A stretch of DNA of 64,000 nucleotides from Candidatus Magasanikiibacteriota bacterium (GCA_023246725.1 JAHFHV010000001.1:13618-77617); one strand, 5' to 3'. Positions 20,048 to 30,259 are shown, counted from the stretch's first letter. Notes: generated by a model not told the origin, from the sequence alone. Program-made: numbers and translations.

Positions 20048-20076
20048 AGTATAGCATAAAATAACCTATTTGTCAA
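20048..20076 (-). promoter_or_regulatory. Consensus sigma70 promoter
   Basis: ttgaca-17-(TG)tatact on minus strand. Confidence 0.8.
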
Positions 20077-20156
20077 CCCCCCGCCTTTTGCAAGAGGCCA
20101 GGCAAGCCTTTTTTGTTTAATTGACGCAGGAACACATCACCGCTAGAATACTAGGC

Positions 20157-21095
20157 ATGACACAACGACTTCCAAAATTAGTTGCACTGCTTGGCCCTAC
20201 GGCTTCGGGTAAAACCGATTTGGCCTTGGCTTTTGCCAAGAAATTCAACGGCGAAATTATTTCCGCGGATTCTAGGCAGGTGTTTAAAAAAATGGACATT
20301 GGTACGGCGAAGCCAAAGGGTGAATGGGAAATGGTGAATGGACGAAAGTCGTACATTGTTGAAGGCATTCCGCATTATGGCATGGATATTGTTGACCCGG
20401 GGCAGGCAGTGAGTGTGGCGGATTTTAAAAAATTGGCGCTTGAGGCCGCGAGAGACATTGCCGCTCGCGGTAAAATTCCTTTTTTAGTCGGCGGCACGGG
20501 GTTGTATATTTGGGCGGTGGTGGATAATTTGGATTTCCCTAAAATTACGCCGAATAAAAAATTACGCCGCAGTTTGGAGAAAAAATCCCTGTCTGATTTG
20601 CAAGCCCTCTTAAACACGCTCGATCCAACGGCCGCCGCCGTGGTAGACGTGAAAAATCCGCGACGTTTGATGCGGGCGCTTGAAGTAGCGATTTTGAGCG
20701 GTGAATCATTTGTTAAACAGCGACGAATAGGTCGGCCGATTTTTGACGCGCTTCAAATTGGCATTGCGTGGAATCAATCCGTTTTGCAACAACGTTGGGA
20801 GCATCGTGTGGATGAGCAAATGGCGCGCGGGCTGGTGGGAGAAACACAGGCTCTGGTAAAACAACGCTACTCCGGGAATTTGCCAAGCATGAGCAGTATT
20901 GGATACAAGCAAATTGGGAGTTACCTGCGCGGGGAGTGTACTTTGCCGGAAGCGATTGCTTTAATTAAAATCGAGACGCGGCGGTATGCCAAGCGGCAAG
21001 TGACTTGGTTTAAGCGGGATAAACGTATCCAGTGGATTGCAGGCGATGATATAACAGTAGCCGAAGGATTGGTAAAGGATTTTCTCATACCGTAG
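20157..21095 (+). CDS. miaA: tRNA dimethylallyltransferase
   Basis: GPTASGKT, ADSRQV, DIGTAKP, VGGTGLY, YAKRQVTWF; ttgacg-17-tagaat just upstream. Confidence 0.97.
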   Translation: MTQRLPKLVALLGPTASGKTDLALAFAKKFNGEIISADSRQVFKKMDIGTAKPKGEWEMVNGRKSYIVEGIPHYGMDIVDPGQAVSVADFKKLALEAARDIAARGKIPFLVGGTGLYIWAVVDNLDFPKITPNKKLRRSLEKKSLSDLQALLNTLDPTAAAVVDVKNPRRLMRALEVAILSGESFVKQRRIGRPIFDALQIGIAWNQSVLQQRWEHRVDEQMARGLVGETQALVKQRYSGNLPSMSSIGYKQIGSYLRGECTLPEAIALIKIETRRYAKRQVTWFKRDKRIQWIAGDDITVAEGLVKDFLIP

Positions 21096-21118
21096 AGACC
21101 GGTCGCGACCGGTCCACG
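21092..21118. repeat. GTAG-type REP-like palindrome
   Basis: gtaga-gaccggtc-gc-gaccggtc; supplies the miaA stop codon. Confidence 0.55.
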
Positions 21119-21134
21119 CATGTTTGATTGTTGT

Positions 21135-23093
21135 TCATTCCGTTAGAAGAGAAACTTCCTCGCCCATAAAGTCCATGGTTTTGCCGGTAACGGTGTCATC
21201 GGCGGTGACATGGACTTTGGAAATAAGCGTATTTTGCGTGGGGTTGTCTTTATTGAGCACAATCGTAAACGGAAGCGCCAGCGTATCCACGCTCACTGGC
21301 ATGTCCGGAATGTGCCAGGTAAGTTTCTGCGTCTTGGCGTCATAGGCAACGCTTCCCGCCGGGATTGAGGAGCTTACATAGGATAAAGCCACGTCGCCAA
21401 ACACGTCAGCCGACAGGGAAATATTCTTGAGCGCGTGGAATGAATTGGCCAGCACCCAATGCCCAGCAAATTGTTTTTTACCGGCCCCGTTTATCAAGCG
21501 CTCGGTTTTTTCGCTAAAAACAAGATCGGAATTGAGCGTAATGGCAAGACGATTGCTCTCCAAGGTTTGTTTAGCGCCGTTGTCATCAGCAAAATCAACC
21601 GCGGCTCTGGCCATAATGGCGCTTGCCGTCAGCGCCGACAGGTCAAAATTCTTGCCATCTTTAATTGGTAATCGTACATCCACCGAAATTTCCTCTCCGG
21701 GTTTTACTTTGGCCAGTTCGGGAATGGTTTGGCTATTCCACGTAATGCTCCCGCGGCGCATTGTGTCCGAAAGTTTTTTGCCAAACACATCAGCATTGTA
21801 CGGTTCGTTCAGCTCGCTCCAATTTAGCACGCTCTGGTTTTTATCATTAGCTGGGGCGTCAAATACCAGCGTTAGGCTAGCATTTTTAAGATTGTGGTCA
21901 GTGTTATTTTTAAGGCGGACCGTGGCGTTTAAGGTGTCGCCGGGCTGGGCGTCAAAATTACCGAGCGTGCCATTAATTGCCAGATTAAAGTCTAAATTAT
22001 TTTTTGACAAGGCGGTGATGATAGTACTGCTCGCCACAGTTAACACGCGGTCTGTGTTTGGGATCGAAAAGGCAATCAGGCCGGATAGTGAACTGGAAAC
22101 CGCGGTGTTGTCTGTAAATTTTCCTACCAGCTTAAATACGGTTTGCGCCAGTGTTGACGTGGCAGTCGCGGCGCTGGCCGGGCTTACTGTCCAGCGATTT
22201 TTATTAAGCCCGGGGGTGGATGAAACGAGCGTGAAACCGCTGGGCAGCTGGGGCATGAGGAAAAGCCCGGGCAGGGCGGTTAGGCCGGTGTTTTTTACAG
22301 TAAAGACATACGCAACAGCTTGGCCAAGGCTCGCCGTGTCTGGTCCGGCTAAGGCCAGGCTTAAAGGCGAGGTGGCCAAAGTAATAGCTAAAGTAGCGGC
22401 GGTTTGCAATTCGGATTTAAAGTTAGTGGGGGAATATTTTATAAACACGCGCCAGCTTTCGCTGGCCCCCAGGGGGGCGAATTCTGCTCCAGTTAAAGTT
22501 AAGGCGCCAGAGGCGCGGGGGGCCAATGTTCCGAGCGCCCATTCATTTTGTTTGGCATTAGTAGCGAGCACAGAGCTTTTGGCGAGCACGAATCCAGCGG
22601 GGTAATTAATATTAAGTCTGACATTATTCATTGCCACCGTGTCGTTATTTTTATACTCGATAGTATAAGTAACTGGAGCTCCCAGACTAACCATGGTTGG
22701 CCCGCTAATAACCACTGCCAAAGTATCTTTAGGCGGCGCTTGATGCGCCGGAGCCAGGCGCGCGCCAATCCAAATTACGATTCCAACAACTACGGCCGCT
22801 ATTAAGAGGCGCGAAAAAAACCGCCCGAAGGCCGATGATTTTTTGATGTCGATTTTTCGAACGTCAGAATCAGCGTTGTTTTTATAGAGCGACGCGAGGG
22901 TTTGATTCATTTCCGAACGCGCTGAACTGGTTTTAGCGGCAGTCATTTTTTTAGTTCTTACGGGAGTTTTGCGCCTCTCGACTACGCTCGAGGGCCGGCG
23001 TTTTTTTCCGCCCAAGGCGGATCCGCCTTGGGCGGAAGGCGGCCTAATTTCTGGTGCCGGAGTAGAAGAAAAAATCGGCGTTTCGTCTGGCAT
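21135..23093 (-). CDS. Membrane-anchored Ig-like/DUF11-like repeat protein
   Basis: One TM; VTYTIEYKN..YPAGF..WALGTL repeats. Confidence 0.75.
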   Translation of the reverse strand: MPDETPIFSSTPAPEIRPPSAQGGSALGGKKRRPSSVVERRKTPVRTKKMTAAKTSSARSEMNQTLASLYKNNADSDVRKIDIKKSSAFGRFFSRLLIAAVVVGIVIWIGARLAPAHQAPPKDTLAVVISGPTMVSLGAPVTYTIEYKNNDTVAMNNVRLNINYPAGFVLAKSSVLATNAKQNEWALGTLAPRASGALTLTGAEFAPLGASESWRVFIKYSPTNFKSELQTAATLAITLATSPLSLALAGPDTASLGQAVAYVFTVKNTGLTALPGLFLMPQLPSGFTLVSSTPGLNKNRWTVSPASAATATSTLAQTVFKLVGKFTDNTAVSSSLSGLIAFSIPNTDRVLTVASSTIITALSKNNLDFNLAINGTLGNFDAQPGDTLNATVRLKNNTDHNLKNASLTLVFDAPANDKNQSVLNWSELNEPYNADVFGKKLSDTMRRGSITWNSQTIPELAKVKPGEEISVDVRLPIKDGKNFDLSALTASAIMARAAVDFADDNGAKQTLESNRLAITLNSDLVFSEKTERLINGAGKKQFAGHWVLANSFHALKNISLSADVFGDVALSYVSSSIPAGSVAYDAKTQKLTWHIPDMPVSVDTLALPFTIVLNKDNPTQNTLISKVHVTADDTVTGKTMDFMGEEVSLLTE

Positions 23094-23144
23094 AGTGATT
23101 GTACAATTTATTAATAATAAAAATTTTAAAAAAATATATCAAAT

Positions 23145-23226
23145 TGTCATTCTGAGTGAAACGAAGAATCTGTTTCGATTGGCCAAACAACAACCAACTA
23201 GATCCTTCGCTCTGCTCAGGATGACA
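23145..23226. repeat. TGTCAT...ATGACA REP-like element
   Basis: tgtcattctgag..cgaagaatct / agatccttcg..ctcaggatgaca. Confidence 0.9.
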
Positions 23227-23230
23227 GACG

Positions 23231-25825
23231 CTATTTTTTCATAAGTAAACTCCACACAGTATCGCGCTCCAAAGGCTGGCTAGGAATTTTTCCGCCGTTG
23301 CTCGCCGGAACCATATCGCTCCCATCCTGCCAGACCGGCCTCCAACCATCCGGAAAAATAATTTGGCTATCAAATTTGCTCTCGGAGCCGGATTGACGCC
23401 CCACGACTAATTGGTATGAAGCGGCCTGTGCACTTGTCGATCGCTCGTTTTGAAAGGCGGTAAAGGGAAGTTTATAGACGAATTCAATGCGGCTGGTTGC
23501 CCCCGGCTCCGTAATTATCCAATTTCCAAAGGCTGTCTTGCCAAACTCTTCGGTAACGCGCGTGCCGGTACGCGCCTCAATGCCGATCTCGGTTTCTTTG
23601 GCAGTTAGGGCGGCGTCGGTTACGGCCCAGGGGTCGGGAACGCGAAAGAGCGTCTCGTTTGGCCAGCTAAAACCGCTGACCGAAATAAGCGCGCTGCCTT
23701 TGGGAACATATAGGCGGAGATAATCTATATTGGCAGTACCGTACAATTTTTCGCCAAAGGCACCAGTATGCTCGCGCATAATGGTGACGGTATTGGTAAT
23801 GGTGCCATTTTCTTCAACCACTGCCTGGTGGCTGATATTTTGTTTAATTTTACTATCGGATTTTTCCCCCTGGATATTGGTATTAATGGCCATGAGAAAA
23901 TCTTGGTCCGCTCGCGTTGTGGGCACAGCTCCGCTCCAGCCTAAGGCAACCAAGGCGCTCTCGGCCTCTTCGTCGGTATTATAGAGCTGAATTTCTTTTT
24001 GCTCCAGCGCGTTTTCAAGCTGGTGTAAAACTCCCAGGAGCGAGCCCAGCGGGGCTTTTTGAATAGTGTCCAAAAGATTAGGCGCCAGATCAGCCAGAAT
24101 TTGTTTGGGAGTATTGGCAGTTTTCTCCGGGCCGGTTTCAATAATTTTTTCTAAGATGGGGAGTGCGCTCTCGGCCGAGAGTGTGAGCGAACGGGAGTTA
24201 TCGGTTAAAGGGCCAAGCACACTAAGAAGCCTTTCCAACACCGTTCCATTAATCGCAATCACCCCATCCAAGGTTACGCCGCGGCTATGGCGGTAAAACC
24301 ACAGCATCTTGTCCGCGCTGGCGGGGAAGTCCGGAAACCAGTTAGCGTCCTGGAATTCCCAGCGCTTGTTGGCAAGGAGCAGAGGCGTGGGCGGTTTTAC
24401 GTACGCGTTGAGCTGTCCTTGCAAATCGTAGCTGCCGCCGGGGGGCAATTTAAAGCTTAACAGCTGGCCATCTTTTACCTCAATTACGGCAAAACTGCCC
24501 ATAAAGCCGCCAGTCGGTCGCAATTCGTGCTGGTTTTGGAAAACCAGCAGAAAGCGCCGCCGGCCAGTCTGCCCTAAAAATTCTTTCAGGGGCCCCGCCA
24601 GCTCTGTAATTACTTCCAGGTCGTGGCTGATCGCATTCACCACTTTTTTAACATTGGCAAAATCGGCCTGATGCTCTGCCGGCAGCACGCTGATATCCAC
24701 GCGCGCTAATTTTTTCTGGGCCGCCTGGTAATGAGGCAAGGTGGCTTTGACGCCAGCCAGAATTGGTTCCAAGTGTCCAAGGAGCGTAGCGCCCGGCGCT
24801 ATGTTTCCTTGGCCAAGAGACGAAAAGAGATAGGAATTTCCGAGAGCAATATCTGCGCCGGCCAGCAGTACGTTTTCTTTACTGGTAATATTGTTGCCTA
24901 CTCTGGGGAGCATCGCGGCCACGGTGGCCAAAAATCCATGCTTGGTTTGCAGCAGGCTCGCGGCTTTGTTAAGCTGCTTAAGGGCAAGGTCTGTAGTTTC
25001 TTCGGCTAAGGAAATATTACCGCCTCTTAAGGCGTCGGTGGAATTTTTTAACGAAGCAAACCCGGCTAAACTTTGCGCGGTAATTTCGTTAGTATCATCT
25101 TTCAGGCTGGTAACATAACCAAAACTGGCGCGCGGCAGAATAATAACCAAGACAATAACAGCGAGCGCCCAGCGGAGTTTAAAATTTTGTTTTGTAATGA
25201 GGCGAGAAAGCAGTGTGTCATTTCGAGTCCTATGGTCCCGCGGCGAGCGGGATCCGCGATCCTTCGGGATCAGGACAATCCCCTCGTTTTCAGAAAGAGC
25301 TCTGTAATCAGTGGGATCGCCACGCCCCGCTTGAGCGGGGCTCGCGATGACAATAGCACGCTTCACCACCTTCTCTTTTTTGTCATGCCACCACTCACCG
25401 CACGCAGTTACCATTTGTTGTAAGTGTGATATTGGTTTTAAAGAATCAAACCTACTAGGACTTGCTTGGTCTTGATCTAAATCTTGATCGACACTTTGTG
25501 CAAACAATCTTTCGGGCGCACTCGGCAGTTTATGATAATAATGGTAGAGCGGATTTTGAGAATCAACGGGAGCCGCGGCGGTAACATTTTTCCACACCTC
25601 TTTTTTATGGTGGCGCATGTCAATAACATAGGGCGAGGCGGCGGACGCGTGACTAACATGGTGCACAAAAAATTTCAGCGGCGTTCTTGAAACAGGCGCT
25701 GGCGGAGGCGTCGTTGAAGTTGGAGCGCTGGGAAGGACAACAACAGGGCAAGTGGCTTTATTGTGGCCAGCTTTTTTACAGCTGCCGCAGCGGCGCAGTT
25801 GGCGAGAGGGTGATTCTTTGGACAT
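23231..25825 (-). CDS. DUF4012 domain protein with N-terminal CCHC zinc knuckle
   Basis: LLVFQNQHELRPTGGFMGS, DANWFPDFP, DGVIAI, YLRLYVPKG; CGSCKKAGHNKATC. Confidence 0.85.
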   Translation of the reverse strand: MSKESPSRQLRRCGSCKKAGHNKATCPVVVLPSAPTSTTPPPAPVSRTPLKFFVHHVSHASAASPYVIDMRHHKKEVWKNVTAAAPVDSQNPLYHYYHKLPSAPERLFAQSVDQDLDQDQASPSRFDSLKPISHLQQMVTACGEWWHDKKEKVVKRAIVIASPAQAGRGDPTDYRALSENEGIVLIPKDRGSRSPRDHRTRNDTLLSRLITKQNFKLRWALAVIVLVIILPRASFGYVTSLKDDTNEITAQSLAGFASLKNSTDALRGGNISLAEETTDLALKQLNKAASLLQTKHGFLATVAAMLPRVGNNITSKENVLLAGADIALGNSYLFSSLGQGNIAPGATLLGHLEPILAGVKATLPHYQAAQKKLARVDISVLPAEHQADFANVKKVVNAISHDLEVITELAGPLKEFLGQTGRRRFLLVFQNQHELRPTGGFMGSFAVIEVKDGQLLSFKLPPGGSYDLQGQLNAYVKPPTPLLLANKRWEFQDANWFPDFPASADKMLWFYRHSRGVTLDGVIAINGTVLERLLSVLGPLTDNSRSLTLSAESALPILEKIIETGPEKTANTPKQILADLAPNLLDTIQKAPLGSLLGVLHQLENALEQKEIQLYNTDEEAESALVALGWSGAVPTTRADQDFLMAINTNIQGEKSDSKIKQNISHQAVVEENGTITNTVTIMREHTGAFGEKLYGTANIDYLRLYVPKGSALISVSGFSWPNETLFRVPDPWAVTDAALTAKETEIGIEARTGTRVTEEFGKTAFGNWIITEPGATSRIEFVYKLPFTAFQNERSTSAQAASYQLVVGRQSGSESKFDSQIIFPDGWRPVWQDGSDMVPASNGGKIPSQPLERDTVWSLLMKK

Positions 25826-25954
25826 GAAAAACAAACAATGGGAATGGAAAATTCTCATTCTTTATTATACACTACTTATGCACAATTCCCAAGCCTTGTT
25901 TTAGTGTTGCCATTTCTAGGCGCGGGGAGTATTATTATAGCGGTAGCGGTGTTA

Positions 25955-25993
25955 GATATTGCGAAGATATTAAGAGAATATTAAAAAAATATT
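25955..25993 (+). repeat. 4 x RATATT at 11-nt period ending at ATG
   Basis: Units start at 25955, 25966, 25977, 25988. Confidence 0.75.
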
Positions 25994-27205
25994 ATGTTAT
26001 ATTTAAGCGAGCTTTTAAAACGCCCGATTCGCGACAGTTCGGACACCAAAGTCGGGCGGCTTGTGGATATTGTGATTAGTCCCCGGGCCGGGGAGTATCC
26101 GCCGCTCTTGTTTTTGGTTATGGAAGCAAAGCGGACTGAACAGCGGATTTTTATTTCGTATGCCTATGTGGCTAATGTAAGCCGCGAAGAAATTGCCTTA
26201 AAACATTTGTTTAAAACCATTCCCGAAGGCGCTCCAGCCGACGGAGCGGTGTGGTTGTGCCGCGATATTTTGGACGAACAGATTGTGGATGTGGAAGGCG
26301 CGCGGGTGGTACGCGTCAACGACTTGCGTCTGGGGACTTTTGAAAATCAATTATGCGTGCTGGGGATTGACGTGAGTTTTAAAGGGCTCCTGCGCCGTCT
26401 TGGCCTCTCGGGTATGGATGTGTTTGAGATGTGGCCAGTTAATTTAATTGACTGGCGGAAAGCGCAACTCGTCAAGGGGGTATTAAAGCTGGATACGATT
26501 TTAAAAGATTTGGTAAAAATCCACCCGGCTGACCTGGCTAACATTGTGGAAGATTTGAGTTTGAAGCAAGGTGGCAAACTGGTGAGAAGTTTGGATGCCG
26601 CGGCCGCGGCGCATGTTTTGGAAGAACTGGATCCGCATATTCAAAAAACTCTGGTGCATTATTTGGGGCCGGAGCGGGCCTCCCAGATTGTAGCGCAAAT
26701 GTCGGTTGATGAGACGGTTGATCTGTTAAAAATGCTGCCCAAACAAGAGGCAACGGAATTTTTGTCGTACATCCAGGGCAGCAAGCTGGCCAAGGTTAAA
26801 AAATTGATCAGTTACTCCGAAGACAGCGCCGGCGGGCTTATGACTACTGAGCACGTGGCGGCCCGGCCGGATTGGACCGTACTTCAGACCATTGACGAGG
26901 TACGCCGCTTATCGGACCGCATGCGTTCCATTGTGCATGTGTATATAACCGATGATGAGGGTTATTTTAAAGGTTCGGTGTCGCTCCGGCGCCTGCTGTT
27001 GGCGCGCCCGGGCGACGCGCTTAAAAATATTATGAAACGCCTGCCCAAACGCAACGTATTAAAAATTGATGATTCGATTAATAAAGTAATTAAAATGATG
27101 ACTAAATACGATTTGTACACCGCGGCCGTTTTGGACAAAGAGCATAAACTGGTGGGAGTCGTAACGATTGACGACGTGATGCGACACCTGGTGCCAAATG
27201 CCTAA
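25994..27205 (+). CDS. PRC-barrel + MgtE intracellular + CBS domain protein, soluble
   Basis: QIVDVEGARVVRVND, HPADLA, SAGGLMTTE, LVGVVTIDD; no TM part. Confidence 0.88.
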   Translation: MLYLSELLKRPIRDSSDTKVGRLVDIVISPRAGEYPPLLFLVMEAKRTEQRIFISYAYVANVSREEIALKHLFKTIPEGAPADGAVWLCRDILDEQIVDVEGARVVRVNDLRLGTFENQLCVLGIDVSFKGLLRRLGLSGMDVFEMWPVNLIDWRKAQLVKGVLKLDTILKDLVKIHPADLANIVEDLSLKQGGKLVRSLDAAAAAHVLEELDPHIQKTLVHYLGPERASQIVAQMSVDETVDLLKMLPKQEATEFLSYIQGSKLAKVKKLISYSEDSAGGLMTTEHVAARPDWTVLQTIDEVRRLSDRMRSIVHVYITDDEGYFKGSVSLRRLLLARPGDALKNIMKRLPKRNVLKIDDSINKVIKMMTKYDLYTAAVLDKEHKLVGVVTIDDVMRHLVPNA

Positions 27206-27228
27206 ACACGAGACACAAGAAAACCAGT

Positions 27229-27324
27229 TGTCATTCTGAGCAAAGCGAAGAATCTCTGTCCATCATTCACTTACAATAGAGCAATTGAACGAGACAGAGA
27301 TCCTTCACTGCGTTCAGGATGACA
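27229..27324. repeat. TGTCAT...ATGACA REP-like element
   Basis: Right arm identical to that of 13177-13269. Confidence 0.9.
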
Positions 27325-27355
27325 GAAAAAAAGCGTTCCGCAGTCCAAAATAAAT

Positions 27356-28618
27356 ATGCCTCAAAAATTAAAAAAACACTGGCCCCGCATCGCGCTCCTT
27401 TTGGCCGTGGTTGGGCCTGGACTCATTACCGCGGTGGCTGATAACGATGCCGGCGGCGTGGCTACCTACACGGTGGCCGCTTCTTTGTTTGGCATGGCCT
27501 CGCAGTATTTTATTATCCCCACCACCCTGCTTTTGGCGGTAACGCAAGAAATTGGCGCCCGCCTGGCGATTGTTACTGGCAAGGGGTTGGGCGGCCTTAT
27601 TCGCGAACGGTTTGGAGTGAAAATCGCGGCCCTGGTCTTTCTCCTCTATTTGATTGTGAACGAAGGCGTGGTCCTGCAAAATATCAGCGGGCTTAAAGCG
27701 GCCCTCCAATTATTTAACGCGCCGTGGCAATGGGGTCTTATTATCACGTGTATTATTCTCACTATCGCCATTATCAAACTCAATTTTCGCCGTCTCCAGC
27801 GGGTTTTTTTAATCATGATTTTGTTCTACCTCGCGTATGTGGTATCGGCCTTTCTCTCGCACCCAGACTGGAGCGAAGCCTTGCAGGAGAGTTTTATTTT
27901 TCCGCGTAAAATAAATATTTGGAATATTAATTATTGGTTCACGCTTATCGCCGTCCTTGGCACCACCATTACGGCTTGGGGGCAGTTTTTTGTGAGCAGT
28001 TTTATTGTCGATAAAGGAATTCACTCTAATCAGCTTGGCGGCGAGCGGGTAGAAATTTTTGGCGGCGCGGTGATTACCAATTTTATTTCCTGGATGATCG
28101 CGCTGTCGGTTACGTACACACTCTTTGCCCACAGCATTAAAGTTACCGACGGCTTTGCCGCGGCCTTGGCCATTAAGCCGTTCGTCGGCGAATTCGCCGG
28201 CACTCTATTCGCGGCGGGCCTGTTTGGCGCGTCGCTTTTGGGCCTCACGATTGTGCCTTTGGCCACGGCCTATGTGTTTACCGAATTGTTTGGCTATGAG
28301 CGCACCTTGAACGCTAGTTTTAAAAAAGGCCGTCCGTTTTATATTTTTTTCATTCTCCAATTATTGGTTGGCCTCTTCGCGGCGCTCATTCCGTCAGTGA
28401 ATTTGTTCCGCGTCACGCTCTACGCCGATTATTTAAACGGCGCCATGCTCCCGTTGATTTTTTATTTTTTAATCACGTTCTCGGAAGACAAAAGCATTAT
28501 GGGCGAAAAGCACGTAGTGAAGGGCTGGATGAGCTGGGTGTTACGTTTTTCCGCGGTGGTGATTATGGCCGCGGTGGCGGTAACATTTTTTGGGAAGCTT
28601 TTGGGATGGGGAGCGTAA
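27356..28618 (+). CDS. NRAMP-family divalent metal transporter, likely Mg-type
   Basis: GPGLI..DNDAGG, QEIGARL..TGKGL, GTTI. Confidence 0.88.
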   Translation: MPQKLKKHWPRIALLLAVVGPGLITAVADNDAGGVATYTVAASLFGMASQYFIIPTTLLLAVTQEIGARLAIVTGKGLGGLIRERFGVKIAALVFLLYLIVNEGVVLQNISGLKAALQLFNAPWQWGLIITCIILTIAIIKLNFRRLQRVFLIMILFYLAYVVSAFLSHPDWSEALQESFIFPRKINIWNINYWFTLIAVLGTTITAWGQFFVSSFIVDKGIHSNQLGGERVEIFGGAVITNFISWMIALSVTYTLFAHSIKVTDGFAAALAIKPFVGEFAGTLFAAGLFGASLLGLTIVPLATAYVFTELFGYERTLNASFKKGRPFYIFFILQLLVGLFAALIPSVNLFRVTLYADYLNGAMLPLIFYFLITFSEDKSIMGEKHVVKGWMSWVLRFSAVVIMAAVAVTFFGKLLGWGA

Positions 28619-28666
28619 CGTGAAGTGTTGTGCTGTTTTAGTGTTGTGCTTTACCGTGGAGCGCTA

Positions 28667-28718
28667 TTGACAAAATATCCGAATTATAGTATAATTAGGA
28701 TAGTATAGTATCCTAATT
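28667..28718 (+). promoter_or_regulatory. Promoter with palindromic operator
   Basis: ttgaca-17-tataat; aattaggata-gtatag-tatcctaatt. Confidence 0.7.
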
Positions 28719-28728
28719 TAGCTTAAAT

Positions 28729-29853
28729 ATGCTAATTAAACGCATAATTCAGCCAAAAATTGAAGCTTCTCTATTTAAAGGCAAAGCCATTATTATTTAT
28801 GGCGCCCGCCAGGTAGGCAAAACCACCTTGGTTAAAGAAATTCAAAAGAAATTTGTGGCCGCGTCCCTTTACCTGAATTGTGATGAACCAGACATCCGCG
28901 CGGCCCTTACGAACACCACCTCCACCGAGCTCAAGGCGTATTTTGGGACTAAAAAAATAATTATTATTGATGAAGCCCAGCGCGTGGAAAACATCGGCCT
29001 GACGCTTAAACTGCTCGTGGATGCTTTTCCCGAATTGCAAATCATCGCGACCGGATCTTCGTCGTTTGAATTGTCCAACCGCATTGTGGAGCCTTTAACC
29101 GGGCGCGCCTTTGAATTTTTGTTATATCCTTTTTCCAGCGAAGAGCTTGGCGAACAGTACGCGCCCCTGGAAATCAAACGTCTGTTGGAACAGCGGCTTA
29201 TTTATGGGATGTACCCGGAAATTGTGGAACAAACGGAAAATATTGCCACGCGCTTAAAAAACATCGCCCGCAGTTACGCGTACAAAGATATTTTATTCTA
29301 CCAGCATATCCGCAACCCGGATATTTTAGAAAAATTACTGTCGGCCTTGGCTTTGCAAATTGGCCATGAGGTATCGTACAGCGAGCTGGCCAAGCTCCTT
29401 AGCATTAACCGCGTTACCGTGGAAAACTACGTGGCAATTTTAGAAAAAGCGTTTATTATTTTTCGCCTGCGCCCGTACAGCACGAATCCGCGCAAGGAAC
29501 TGGCCAAACTGCGAAAAATTTATTTTTACGACACCGGCATTCGCAATGCTCTCATTAATAACCTTAACCCGCTTAATTTGCGCAGCGATGCTGGCGCGCT
29601 GTGGAAGAATTTTTGGATTCTGGAACGCCTAAAAAATAACCATAATCATGGCCGTGACGCGCGCGCTTATTTTTGGCGTAATTATCAGAAGCAAGAAATT
29701 GATTATATTGAGGAAGCGAATGGGAAGCTGGCGGCCTTTGAATGCAAATGGTCGGTAACCAAACCAGCGCGAGCGCCCTCTGGCTGGCGCGCCCTCTACC
29801 CGGGTGCCTCGTTTACCGCGGTACACCCGGGTAACTTTTTAGAAATTAAATAG
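28729..29853 (+). CDS. AAA_14 ATPase with DUF4143 domain
   Basis: GARQVGKTT, IDEAQ, TGSSS, KIYFYDTGIRN, EIDYI..FECK. Confidence 0.9.
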   Translation: MLIKRIIQPKIEASLFKGKAIIIYGARQVGKTTLVKEIQKKFVAASLYLNCDEPDIRAALTNTTSTELKAYFGTKKIIIIDEAQRVENIGLTLKLLVDAFPELQIIATGSSSFELSNRIVEPLTGRAFEFLLYPFSSEELGEQYAPLEIKRLLEQRLIYGMYPEIVEQTENIATRLKNIARSYAYKDILFYQHIRNPDILEKLLSALALQIGHEVSYSELAKLLSINRVTVENYVAILEKAFIIFRLRPYSTNPRKELAKLRKIYFYDTGIRNALINNLNPLNLRSDAGALWKNFWILERLKNNHNHGRDARAYFWRNYQKQEIDYIEEANGKLAAFECKWSVTKPARAPSGWRALYPGASFTAVHPGNFLEIK

Positions 29854-29918
29854 GTAGTGTGCCCATTTGCCTTTTCGTAAGAATGAACTTACAAGACAAG
29901 AAACAGATTTTGTCTAGC

Positions 29919-29958
29919 TTGACAAAGGGTACACCTAGGTGTACACTACAGGTACACC
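29919..29958 (+). promoter_or_regulatory. TA promoter and operator
   Basis: ttgaca-17-tacact containing gtacacctaggtgtac; extra ggtacacc half-site. Confidence 0.7.
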
Positions 29959-29979
29959 TTATTTTTTAATAGCAAACCT

Positions 29980-30249
29980 ATGAAACCTGTCTCTAAAGCC
30001 CTTAAAACCAAACTCATTGGCGTTAAGGATTTTCGCCAAAACCTGGCGCATTATTATGCGCAGGGAGTCAAAAACGGCTTAAGCTACATTGTTACCAATC
30101 GTGACCGGGCCATTTTTGAAGTCAAGCCGCTGTCTAAAAAAGAAGCCATGCTTAAAAAGTTGGCGGCGGATATCGCGCACGCCGAACAGCAGGTGCGCGA
30201 GGGCAAGGTGTATACCTTGGAACAGGTCAGACAGCGCCTAGGTATTTAA
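29980..30249 (+). CDS. Phd/YefM-like antitoxin
   Basis: IGVKDFRQNL, YIVT, GKVYTLEQV; precedes RelE. Confidence 0.75.
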   Translation: MKPVSKALKTKLIGVKDFRQNLAHYYAQGVKNGLSYIVTNRDRAIFEVKPLSKKEAMLKKLAADIAHAEQQVREGKVYTLEQVRQRLGI

Positions 30250-30259
30250 TGATGGATAT

